A DNA stretch of 64,000 bases from Prochlorococcus sp. AG-347-L20 (lineage in GTDB: Bacteria; Cyanobacteriota; Cyanobacteriia; PCC-6307; Cyanobiaceae), in contig QCCP01000011.1 of the NCBI GenBank assembly GCA_003281225.1, positions 354-64,353 on the forward strand, given 5' to 3'. Under the pieces are notes generated by a model, which did not search any database, was not told the DNA's origin, and was given only the letters and a program-made list of their open reading frames with translations. Below, piece after piece: positions 21,227-29,570 of this stretch (within the stretch, counting starts at the first letter, position 1; the number at the start of each line of letters is the position of its first letter). Position numbers and translations under genes: made by a program.

Positions 21227-21243
21227 CTAGATTATTAATCTAG
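21227..21243. promoter_or_regulatory. perfect 17-bp palindrome CTAGATTATTAATCTAG upstream of dnaA
   Basis: 8-bp arms CTAGATTA/TAATCTAG around a central T, 12-28 nt upstream of the dnaA start codon. Function unknown. Confidence 0.35.
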
Positions 21244-21378
21244 TTGGAATTTAATAATTGGCCATTAGGAAATCACAAGATCACCACAAATTTAAAATTA
21301 CTTAACAATCATCATACAATTTATAAGAAAAATTTTATTTTTTATAAGCATATAATTATTTTAAATCGCAATAAATTT

Positions 21379-22014
21379 TTGGATAAAGCATTACTTATTA
21401 TCATGGCAAAATGGCATGCTTTTGGAAGATGCAAAACAAGATTATCTAAAGATATAGGTAAAAGTAATTCTGCAAAGGTTCAAAGTGTAATGACCAAACA
21501 CACTATTGCAGTCGCAAAATTTCTCCAAGAAAATAAATTAATTGATATTTCTATTGCTATATCTGGTTTGGGGGTAGGTAACTGTAAAAGATGGACTAGA
21601 GAATTAGGCATCAAAAAATTTAATTTACAGGGTAAAGGCTGCTTGGGAGAAAAAATGAAACGGCAAATAATTATCAACAAAAAATTTTGTGCAAGACATA
21701 AGATCAAAAATATTATTTTTATTGGTACTGACCTTCCAGATTTATGCCATCAAGATTTATTGAATACTCTAAAAGAGCTTCAACAAAATGATCTTATTTT
21801 AGGACCATCAAATGATGGAGGATATTGGCTTATTGGTTTATCACAAAAAATAATGTCATCGCATATATATTTACCTTTTATCAACATAAAGTGGGGCACA
21901 GAAAATGTTCTTCAAAATACAATTGATAATTTTGCTACAACAAAATTTAGATATAAGTTTTTAGATAAAAAAATTGATATAGATACAATTATTGATATTG
22001 AAAATAGAAAGTAA
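21379..22014 (+). CDS. DUF2064-family glycosyltransferase-like protein (TIGR04282-like)
   Basis: Motifs ALLIIMAKWHAFGRCKTRL, IGTDLPDL and GPSNDGGYWLIG. The family N-terminus begins near ALLII, so I prefer TTG 21379 (MDKALLII...) over the ORF-track TTG at 21244. Confidence 0.7.
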   Translation: MDKALLIIMAKWHAFGRCKTRLSKDIGKSNSAKVQSVMTKHTIAVAKFLQENKLIDISIAISGLGVGNCKRWTRELGIKKFNLQGKGCLGEKMKRQIIINKKFCARHKIKNIIFIGTDLPDLCHQDLLNTLKELQQNDLILGPSNDGGYWLIGLSQKIMSSHIYLPFINIKWGTENVLQNTIDNFATTKFRYKFLDKKIDIDTIIDIENRK

Positions 22015-22019
22015 TCGAC

Positions 22020-22703
22020 TTGTCAAAAATCTCAATTATTATTCCAACTATTAATGAAGCTAATAATTTGCCATTATTGCTTTCAGACTTGTCAAGTATT
22101 CAGAAAGACGGCGAAATCATTATTGTTGATTGTGGAAGTGAAGATAAAACTATTGATATAGCAAATATTTATGGAGCAAAAGTATTTATATCCAAAGAAA
22201 GGAATCGAGGTCTACAATTAGATATTGGAGCTAAAAATTCAAAAGGAGAGTGGCTCATATTTTTACATGCAGACACAAGATTACCTCATGATTGGTTTAA
22301 AAAAATAAACTCATTTTTAAAGGGAAACAAGAATATTATTTACTATTTTGAATTCAAAATTAATCACAAAAAGATAATTTATAGAGTCCTCGAAATTCTC
22401 GTGAATATTAGAAGTAAATTTTTTAAACAACCGTATGGTGATCAAGGTTTAATAATTCATAGAACAATCTATTTTAAGAATAATGGATTTAGAAGTTTAC
22501 CTTTGATGGAAGATGTAGATTTTTTAATGAGATTAAACCAAAAAAAAGATTTAAAACAACTAAATTTTCCTATTTTTATAAGTTCAAGGAAATGGGAAAG
22601 AACTAATATTTTTCTCCAAGCAATTAAGAACTGGCACTTTAGAAGAAGATGGTTAAAAGGGGAATCATTAAAATCTATATATTCTGACTACTACAAAAAA
22701 TGA
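22020..22703 (+). CDS. family-2 glycosyltransferase (TIGR04283-like)
   Basis: 227 aa with ISIIIPTINE, VDCGSEDKT, FLHADTRLP and YGDQGLIIHR...PLMEDVDFLMRL. Confidence 0.75.
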   Translation: MSKISIIIPTINEANNLPLLLSDLSSIQKDGEIIIVDCGSEDKTIDIANIYGAKVFISKERNRGLQLDIGAKNSKGEWLIFLHADTRLPHDWFKKINSFLKGNKNIIYYFEFKINHKKIIYRVLEILVNIRSKFFKQPYGDQGLIIHRTIYFKNNGFRSLPLMEDVDFLMRLNQKKDLKQLNFPIFISSRKWERTNIFLQAIKNWHFRRRWLKGESLKSIYSDYYKK

Positions 22704-23234
22704 TTAATTTGCATACCAAAAAGCACATTTCGACCCTCTAGGTTCTAAAATCCAACCTTGTCTTTTGTAAAATGAAACCACTTCAGCATCAGCAAAAAGG
22801 GTTACTTTAGAAATGCCAATATTTTTCAATTCTTTTAGGACATATCTCATTATCTCTTTACCCAAACCAAGTCCTTGATAGACAGGGTTAATAGCTACAT
22901 CCCAAACTGTTGCTTCTAGAATTCCATCGCCAGTGCATCTTGCAAATCCAACTAGTCTGGGGAATTTATCATCATGACACCATAACCCAACCACCAAAAT
23001 ACTGAAATCTAAAGCTCTTTTTACCCTCCTTATAGGTCTTCTGCTCCAACCAACAGTTTGCAAAAGTTGATCTAGTTCTATTAGATCTAAATCTTTATTT
23101 TTACTACATACAAATATTTCTTCTTTAGTTGTTTGAGTGAACTCATAAGAATTTAAACCATAGAGATCTATCAGCTCATCCTTTGATATACTATTTGATT
23201 TTTTTATTAACGATCCTTGGTTTCTAAAAATCAT
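22704..23234 (-). CDS. GNAT N-acetyltransferase (plant NSI/SNAT-like)
   Basis: 176 aa with acetyl-CoA motif A, YQGLGLGKEIM. The N-terminal GWSRRPIRRVKRAL pattern is shared with chloroplast NSI/SNAT-type GNATs. Confidence 0.75.
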   Translation of the reverse strand: MIFRNQGSLIKKSNSISKDELIDLYGLNSYEFTQTTKEEIFVCSKNKDLDLIELDQLLQTVGWSRRPIRRVKRALDFSILVVGLWCHDDKFPRLVGFARCTGDGILEATVWDVAINPVYQGLGLGKEIMRYVLKELKNIGISKVTLFADAEVVSFYKRQGWILEPRGSKCAFWYAN

Positions 23235-25030
23235 TAAAAATTCACGAATCCCTTTTGTTGAAGCTCAGAGAGCTGAAAATATAAACCCTTTTTCAGTCTT
23301 AATTCACTATGTGTTCCCTCCTCAACTAATGATCCCCCTTTCAAGACTAAAATCTTATCAGAACTTTCAATAGTTGCTAATCTGTGAGCTATTACTAATG
23401 CTGTTCTTTTTGACAGAATTCTCTCAAGATCCTTCTGCAAAGTAGCCTCTGTTGAGGAATCCATAAACGCTGTTGCTTCGTCCATTATTAAAACAACAGG
23501 ATTTCTAATCGCTACTCGAGCTACGGATAGAAGTTGTCTCTCTCCAGAAGAGAGATTTCCCCCTCTTTCTCTTAGTGAGGTGTTCAAACCTTCTGGTAAT
23601 TTTTTTAACAAATTATCTAACCCTAATTCGTAACAAAGATTTTCTAATTCAAGATTGTCTAGATTCGAATTCAGTTTTAAATTATCTGCGACATTTCCAC
23701 TAAAGATAAAGGTATCTTGCAAAACTACTCCCAACATATTTCTAAGAGTTTCAATAGGAATATCTTTGATATCTATATCATCGATTAAAATTTGACCCGA
23801 TTGAGGTTCATACAATCTACATAATAGTCTTATTATGGTTGTCTTACCTGAACCAGTTGGACCTACAAAAGCCACATGCTCTCCTGGATTAATCTTGAAA
23901 GATAAATTCTTTATGATATGCTCTCCTGCGTTGTAGAAAAAATTAACATTCTTAAACTCAATTTTGCCCTTAAATTTCTTATTTACATTTTTAGCATTTT
24001 CTAAAAAATGTTTTGCGGACGCAGAGTCCTTAATCTGTATTTCTTCATCCAATAATTCGTTTATTCTTTCTACAGCTGTTAAACCTCCTTGTATTTGAGT
24101 AAATCTTTCTGCAAGCTGCCTTAAAGGTTCAAAAAGTCTTTGAGAATATAAAATAAAAGTTGTTAATGTTCCTAAACCAATATTTCCAGAAGTAACAAGA
24201 TAACCTCCAACCGCCAAAACCAAGGAAACTGCCGCAAGAGAAATCCATTCTATAAACGCCGAAATACTACTGTCATAAAATATTGTTCCATTAACTGCTT
24301 TCTTATAAGCAACTCCAGTTTTGGAAAATTTCTTGCTATTAAAAGCCTCTCTTCTGAACATCTGAACGACTTCTAAACCTTGAAGATTCTCTTGAAAATC
24401 AGAGTTTAGTTGAGACAATTCTTCCCTTACTTGATAATTGGCTCTTCTGTAACGTTTTTGAAGCCAGATAATAAAATATGAAACTGGGATTTGAGTCAAA
24501 AGTAATAAAATGGCAAGCCCCCGATCAATTGACAGCATTGTCAATGAAATTACTATCAGACTAACGAAGTCAGCAATAACTCCAACTGCCCCACTACCAA
24601 AAACCTCGGCTAAAGCATCAACATCATTTGTTAGTCTTGTTAATAATTTCCCCACAGGCATTTTATCGTGATACTTAAGAGATAAAGATATTGAATGATC
24701 AAAAAGTTCTCCTCTTATTCTTGCTGTCAAACGTTGTCCCACTGCTTGGATATTGTAAGTTTGGTATCCTTGCAGAACTAATCTGAATAAAACAGTTATA
24801 AATAAAGTTACGATAATGGCATTTATCGACTGCCCAAAGAAAGTTTTACTTAGCCAAACATCTGTAGTTTCGTTCTTTAGAATAGTAATTGCTTGACCAA
24901 CTAATAATGGTTGAATGGCTCCAGAGAAAGAAACAGGTAACAAAACTATCAAGATTAGATAGATTGTTTTTTTATCTTTAGTTAAATATTTACCTAACTT
25001 TTTAATCCTTCTAAAATCTTTAAAAAACAT
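23234..25030 (-). CDS. ABC exporter, fused permease and ATPase (MsbA/multidrug type)
   Basis: 598 aa with a 6-TM N-terminal domain, Walker A GPTGSGKTT, signature LSSGERQ and Walker B LIMDEATA. Confidence 0.9.
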   Translation of the reverse strand: MFFKDFRRIKKLGKYLTKDKKTIYLILIVLLPVSFSGAIQPLLVGQAITILKNETTDVWLSKTFFGQSINAIIVTLFITVLFRLVLQGYQTYNIQAVGQRLTARIRGELFDHSISLSLKYHDKMPVGKLLTRLTNDVDALAEVFGSGAVGVIADFVSLIVISLTMLSIDRGLAILLLLTQIPVSYFIIWLQKRYRRANYQVREELSQLNSDFQENLQGLEVVQMFRREAFNSKKFSKTGVAYKKAVNGTIFYDSSISAFIEWISLAAVSLVLAVGGYLVTSGNIGLGTLTTFILYSQRLFEPLRQLAERFTQIQGGLTAVERINELLDEEIQIKDSASAKHFLENAKNVNKKFKGKIEFKNVNFFYNAGEHIIKNLSFKINPGEHVAFVGPTGSGKTTIIRLLCRLYEPQSGQILIDDIDIKDIPIETLRNMLGVVLQDTFIFSGNVADNLKLNSNLDNLELENLCYELGLDNLLKKLPEGLNTSLRERGGNLSSGERQLLSVARVAIRNPVVLIMDEATAFMDSSTEATLQKDLERILSKRTALVIAHRLATIESSDKILVLKGGSLVEEGTHSELRLKKGLYFQLSELQQKGFVNF

Positions 25031-25042
25031 TTAGCTAATCTT

Positions 25043-25681
25043 CTATAAAGCATTAGTTGATTCTATTGATAAAATTGTATCTCTGAGATGATTATCATCT
25101 AACCTCATAGATAAAGGATTTCCAATTAGTCTTGCAGTCGAGTAATAAAGATCATCTATTTTAACTAAACCATTCTCTTTGAGAGTCTTTCCGGTTGCAA
25201 CCAAATCAACAATTGCCTCTGCCATACCTGTAATAGGACCAAGCTCAACTGATCCTGTCAAATGAACTATTTCTACAGGAATATTTAATTCTTCAAAATA
25301 AGATCTTGCTGTTTTTATAAATTTACTTGCTACTTTACAATTCGCTGGAAGATCGGTTGGTTTTAAATAATTGCTATTTTTCTTAACCGCCAACGACATA
25401 TGACAACCTCCAAATCCTAAATCTAATAATTTTGCGACTTTTAATTCAGATTCTCGTAAAACGTCATACCCAACAATACCCAAATCAGCTTGACCATAAC
25501 TTACATAAACAGGCACATCTCCATTTCTTACTAGTAGAGCTTTTGCCCTTTTACAATTTGATTCAAAGGTTAATGATCTATTATTTTTTTCCAACGCATT
25601 AGAGAAATCTAACCCAGCTTTTTTAAAAGTTGAAATTGAATCTTTTAACAGAGCTCCTTTTGGTAAAGCTATAGTAATCAT
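25043..25681 (-). CDS. hisG: ATP phosphoribosyltransferase, short form
   Basis: 212 aa. It begins [11 protein letters not shown] and has a C-terminal [13 protein letters not shown] motif. Confidence 0.9.
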   Translation of the reverse strand: MITIALPKGALLKDSISTFKKAGLDFSNALEKNNRSLTFESNCKRAKALLVRNGDVPVYVSYGQADLGIVGYDVLRESELKVAKLLDLGFGGCHMSLAVKKNSNYLKPTDLPANCKVASKFIKTARSYFEELNIPVEIVHLTGSVELGPITGMAEAIVDLVATGKTLKENGLVKIDDLYYSTARLIGNPLSMRLDDNHLRDTILSIESTNAL

Positions 25682-25721
25682 AGATCAATTTCTTCCAAGG
25701 ATTCTTCATTCTAATTTAACA

Positions 25722-26462
25722 ATGGAATTTAATAAAGCTCGACATATAATCGGACTTAGAGTTTTAAGTGATAACGTCATTTGGTTGTTGGTAAAAGATA
25801 AATCTGTTGTAGTTGTAGATCCATCTGTTCACGAACCAGTTATTAGATATATAAATGAAAACAATTTTCACTTAGAAGCTATTTTGCAAACTCATCATCA
25901 TTCAGACCATATTGGAGGGACGAAGTCTCTTATTGAAAAATGGCCAAATGTAAAGGTGATTGCTTCCTCAAAAGAAAAAAAGCGAATCCCATTTCAAAAT
26001 GTATCTGTTGAAGATGGAGAAATTTTAAACATTTTAGGGGAAGAAGTAAAAATAATTGAAGTATTAGGTCATACAAGCTCACATATTGCCTTCTTTTTGA
26101 ATGGGAAAAATCCTGTTCTTTTTATTGGTGACACATTATTTTCTGGAGGCTGTGGAAGAATTTTTGAGGGAACTTATCAACAAATGTATTCTTCACTAGA
26201 AAGAATCAAATCTTTACCAAAAAATACTCTCATATATTGTGCACATGAATATACAAAGGGAAATATATTGTGGGCATTGAATCTCAAGCCAAAAGATCAA
26301 GATATAAAAAATAAACTTTCGGAAGTTGAAAAAAAACTTTCACTTAATGAATTGACAATTCCATTTTTACTTGATGAAGAGATGAAAATAAACCTTTTCT
26401 TAAGAGCAAAAAATTTAGAAGAATTTACTTTTTTAAGAGCAAATAAAGATTTATGGGTTTAA
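25722..26462 (+). CDS. gloB: hydroxyacylglutathione hydrolase (glyoxalase II)
   Basis: 246 aa with the metallo-beta-lactamase motif [10 protein letters not shown] and downstream His/Asp ligands ([24 protein letters not shown]). Confidence 0.9.
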   Translation: MEFNKARHIIGLRVLSDNVIWLLVKDKSVVVVDPSVHEPVIRYINENNFHLEAILQTHHHSDHIGGTKSLIEKWPNVKVIASSKEKKRIPFQNVSVEDGEILNILGEEVKIIEVLGHTSSHIAFFLNGKNPVLFIGDTLFSGGCGRIFEGTYQQMYSSLERIKSLPKNTLIYCAHEYTKGNILWALNLKPKDQDIKNKLSEVEKKLSLNELTIPFLLDEEMKINLFLRAKNLEEFTFLRANKDLWV

Positions 26463-26486
26463 ATAGATAGGTATCTTCTAAAACAA

Positions 26487-26879
26487 ATGTCTCCCAAACA
26501 AGTAATTAAAACATCAAATGCTCCAGATCCAGTAGGACCTTATAATCAAGCAATAAAAGCAGGGGATTTTATCTATTGTTCTGGTCAAATTGCTATAGAC
26601 CCAGCTCTAAATGAAATAACATGTTTAGGTGATATAGAGAAGGAAACTATTCAAGTTTTAAAAAATCTTGCAGAAGTTCTTAAAGCTGGTGGAGCCAAAA
26701 TAGAGGATGTAATAAAAACAACTATTTACTTAACGGACTTAAGTAATTTTAAAATTGTCAATAAAATATATAGTGATTTTTTTAATATAGAGAATCCTCC
26801 AGCAAGGGCCTGTGTGGAAGTTTCATCTCTACCAAAAGGAGTTTTAGTTGAAATAGATTGCGTCGCATTTCTAGATTAA
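26487..26879 (+). CDS. ridA: RidA/YjgF-family enamine/imine deaminase
   Basis: 130 aa with the patterns PVGPYNQAIKAG...SGQI and PARACVEVSSLPKGVLVEI. Confidence 0.85.
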   Translation: MSPKQVIKTSNAPDPVGPYNQAIKAGDFIYCSGQIAIDPALNEITCLGDIEKETIQVLKNLAEVLKAGGAKIEDVIKTTIYLTDLSNFKIVNKIYSDFFNIENPPARACVEVSSLPKGVLVEIDCVAFLD

Positions 26880-26964
26880 TTTCTAATTATTGAGAAATTT
26901 GAAATATGAACCAATTGTGCACCATAGTTGTATAGATTATTAGTTGATGATTCATCTTTGATCT

Positions 26965-27192
26965 ATGTCAGCAGCTAAGCTTAATATAGATGAACTAGAA
27001 GCAGGTTATCCTTTATTTTGCAAAGCTCTAAGACTATTAATCTTAAAAGGAAACTCAGTTAAAGATATAGAAAAGACAGTGTGTTGGAGTCATCTTGAGA
27101 CTTTAAATAGATGTCTACCTGGTAGATATAAAGCCCCAACATATTTAATGGCTTTAATCAAAAGAGATATTGCAAAGCCTAATAATTATTAA
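26965..27192 (+). CDS. small conserved-looking hypothetical protein
   Basis: 75-aa ORF with non-random composition and three Cys. I recognise no domain. It converges on the end of the carboxysome gene string. Confidence 0.4.
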   Translation: MSAAKLNIDELEAGYPLFCKALRLLILKGNSVKDIEKTVCWSHLETLNRCLPGRYKAPTYLMALIKRDIAKPNNY

Positions 27193-27198
27193 AAAGGA

Positions 27199-27438
27199 CT
27201 AATCCTCTAAATAAAATTTATCAATATTCATTGAAAAGTCTTTTTCCTTTTCTGATATTTCTTTATTATCTAAAAATATTGAAAGACTTACAAAATTCTT
27301 ACCGAAGCTGATGTTTGGATAGATATCCCTTTCTTTGCATAATTTCTCAATTTCCCCTATGAATTTACTAATTTTTGAGTATTGATCAAATTCAAATTTT
27401 TTTTCAATCCTTAAAGGTGATTCTCTTTCATTCCACAT
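27199..27438 (-). CDS. pterin-4a-carbinolamine-dehydratase-like protein (alpha-carboxysome RuBisCO assembly factor, acRAF-like)
   Basis: 79 aa of PCD-fold size with the PCD-like pattern FEFDQYSKISKFIGEIEKLCKERDIYPNISFGKNFVSLSI. It sits immediately downstream of csoS4B, as in other alpha-carboxysome loci. Confidence 0.7.
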   Translation of the reverse strand: MWNERESPLRIEKKFEFDQYSKISKFIGEIEKLCKERDIYPNISFGKNFVSLSIFLDNKEISEKEKDFSMNIDKFYLED

Positions 27439-27512
27439 TACATTCTTTATTCAAGACTAATTACACTATACATTCAACAAAGTTTCTCAGTAAATTTTTG
27501 AAGTTAAAATTT

Positions 27513-27761
27513 TCAGTCACTCTCCCAATAATCAATAATACCTCCAATTGTTAAATCGGTTTGAACTTCTGGGTTAGGGCATGCAAATCTCGCAGCAGAG
27601 CCACTAGCAGTAAAAACCCAGTTACCTTCTCTAGCACCAACAGGATCAACCGCAACTAATTTCTTGCCCTTATTATTTTCCAAAATTCTTAAATTCATAT
27701 GTCCTAAGCCAGCAACTCTTTGAGTACATACCATTCTTCCTAATACCTTCATAATTTCCAC
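27513..27761 (-). CDS. csoS4B: carboxysome vertex (pentamer) protein CsoS4B
   Basis: 82 aa of the EutN/CcmL family (VLGRMVCTQRV...LTIGGIIDYW). It is the second of two tandem paralogs after csoSCA. Confidence 0.85.
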   Translation of the reverse strand: MEIMKVLGRMVCTQRVAGLGHMNLRILENNKGKKLVAVDPVGAREGNWVFTASGSAARFACPNPEVQTDLTIGGIIDYWESD

Positions 27762-27779
27762 AATTTATATCCTCCTTTT

Positions 27780-28031
27780 TTATGACTTGTCAGGATCCCA
27801 ATGATCAATTATTCCAACAATCGTTAAATCGCTTGGATAAGATTTGCTCCCAGCTGCTTCCCTAGCAGCAGAACTTCCAACACAAATAACCCAATCTCCT
27901 GGCTTACAGCCCACAGCATCAACTGCAACTTTACTTGAAGAACCATCTAATACAACCTGCAGATGTTTATGTTCAAAACCAGGAATCCTATTGGTAGAAA
28001 CAAGTGGTTTTACAACCTTGCAAATTAACAT
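27780..28031 (-). CDS. csoS4A: carboxysome vertex (pentamer) protein CsoS4A
   Basis: 83 aa of the EutN/CcmL family (MLICKVVKPLVSTNRI...LTIVGIIDHW). It starts 2 nt after the csoSCA stop. Confidence 0.85.
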   Translation of the reverse strand: MLICKVVKPLVSTNRIPGFEHKHLQVVLDGSSSKVAVDAVGCKPGDWVICVGSSAAREAAGSKSYPSDLTIVGIIDHWDPDKS

Positions 28032-28033
28032 AA

Positions 28034-29563
28034 TTAGTGAGCCTCCTCTGTTTTTTTATCTAAAGACATTCCAATAATTTTAGCGGAATGAATGTTGTCC
28101 CTATCTCTAATAGTAGAGCAAGTATGTAACAAACCTTGATCAACTAAATTTTTATATCTAATTGATATCGCATTATTAACTCTTTCACAATCTTTTATTG
28201 CCCTCTCTTTTGCACCAGGCACTTTCCCAGAGTAATCAAATCTTATTACTACCGGAATAGGTAGATCTTGAGAAACATTTAATCCAGAAAAAATCTTCAC
28301 TCCTACATCTAAATCTGGAGCCCCTTCTTCGACTGTATCTAAATGAGCAAAATAAGTTAAATTTCTGAGATGTACTTCTTTAAAACCTATACCAACTCCA
28401 ATAAATCTTTCTGCATGTCCAATATCTTCATAAGAACCATTATGAAAACTCTTAACATAATCAATTTGAGAAATATTATTGACAATTAATTTATACGTAA
28501 ATTTTTCCAGTCCACTGAGTTTATCTTTTGAAGATTGTTTAGAAATTATTTGACAAATTTCTTTCTCTGCATCCTCTTGTGAAAAGTTTATTGTTGAATT
28601 ATAAATTTCTAAAGTAGAAATAGTTTTTTCTAAATCAATCCCTCCATCCCTTGTTGATAAATGTATTTTTAATGAATCAGTGTCTGTATCAAGTCCAATT
28701 AACATTAAATCTACAGAAGCTCCGCAGCAAAAGCTATTCTCTACAGCTTCTTTGAAAGCATATAATTTATTTCTACCTTCTTTTGCAGCTAACTCGTCGT
28801 TACTCCCATGAGCTGCGCATCCCTGATGCAAAGGATCAACAGAACTAAAATGATAAGTTACAACTTTTAAGTACCTCGTATCTTTATGAGATTCATTAGG
28901 AATATTCTCTCTATATCTTTTATGTTCAGTTTTTACCCATCTATTTACAGTATTTTCAATATCAAATAGTGCACCAGCGTGGGATCTTCTTCTTACTGAA
29001 CTAAAGGGTATTCTCATTACATATGCGACTGAATGAGCTAATCTTCCATCTGAACAAGGAGTTATATCAAGTAAATGAATCCCACAATCTAAAAGATATT
29101 TTTCAAAATCTTCCGCACCCTTACTTCCAGCAGCACCTTCAAGTGGATCATTTTTAAAAAAATTGTCGCTAAGTTTCTCATGCTGTTTAAAAGCACACCA
29201 TGCATATAAAGCTCTCATATCAAGAGGTTTAACCCAAGATTTATCTAATACATGTAGGGGTAAATCTATTCCCAAATTTTTTCTTGATATTTTCTGAGCC
29301 TTATTTATAAAATCTTCGTGATGTTGAATTCGAGCAATTTCCTTGAGAGTTGGAACAATTTCGTCAAAATCACTTTTTATTTTACTTTCATACCTAAATA
29401 GATTTTCATTTTGGATATTATTGGTTAATTTATGAGACTTTCCAGAATTTCGGAAATTATTTGATTCTTTACTTTGTATATGGATATTTTCAGTAAAAGT
29501 TTTCATTGGAGCTGTTGGCCCCAATGTGAAGTTCTTGGCTTTAGCCAGTCCTCTTAAAGGCAT
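28034..29563 (-). CDS. csoSCA: carboxysome shell carbonic anhydrase CsoSCA (CsoS3)
   Basis: 509 aa in the csoS3 position between csoS2 and csoS4A. Zn-ligand-containing segments (ITPCSDGRLAH, CAAHGS) are typical of the epsilon/beta-like CsoSCA class. Confidence 0.9.
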   Translation of the reverse strand: MPLRGLAKAKNFTLGPTAPMKTFTENIHIQSKESNNFRNSGKSHKLTNNIQNENLFRYESKIKSDFDEIVPTLKEIARIQHHEDFINKAQKISRKNLGIDLPLHVLDKSWVKPLDMRALYAWCAFKQHEKLSDNFFKNDPLEGAAGSKGAEDFEKYLLDCGIHLLDITPCSDGRLAHSVAYVMRIPFSSVRRRSHAGALFDIENTVNRWVKTEHKRYRENIPNESHKDTRYLKVVTYHFSSVDPLHQGCAAHGSNDELAAKEGRNKLYAFKEAVENSFCCGASVDLMLIGLDTDTDSLKIHLSTRDGGIDLEKTISTLEIYNSTINFSQEDAEKEICQIISKQSSKDKLSGLEKFTYKLIVNNISQIDYVKSFHNGSYEDIGHAERFIGVGIGFKEVHLRNLTYFAHLDTVEEGAPDLDVGVKIFSGLNVSQDLPIPVVIRFDYSGKVPGAKERAIKDCERVNNAISIRYKNLVDQGLLHTCSTIRDRDNIHSAKIIGMSLDKKTEEAH

Positions 29564-29570
29564 TATTTAC

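Noticed and set aside
21244-21378. N-terminal 45-codon extension of the DUF2064 ORF, starting from a TTG at 21244
   Set aside because: The extension (MEFNNWPLGNHKITTNLKLLNNHHTIYKKNFIFYKHIIILNRNKF) is Asn/Lys/Ile-rich like intergenic AT-rich DNA. It would also overlap the dnaA promoter palindrome. The family N-terminus begins near ALLII, so a start at TTG 21379 is more credible.
21216-21402. Possibility that oriC lies next to dnaA
   Set aside because: I found only one near-consensus DnaA box by eye and no cluster or obvious AT-rich unwinding repeats distinct from the background. A PWM scan and genome-wide GC skew would be needed to settle it.
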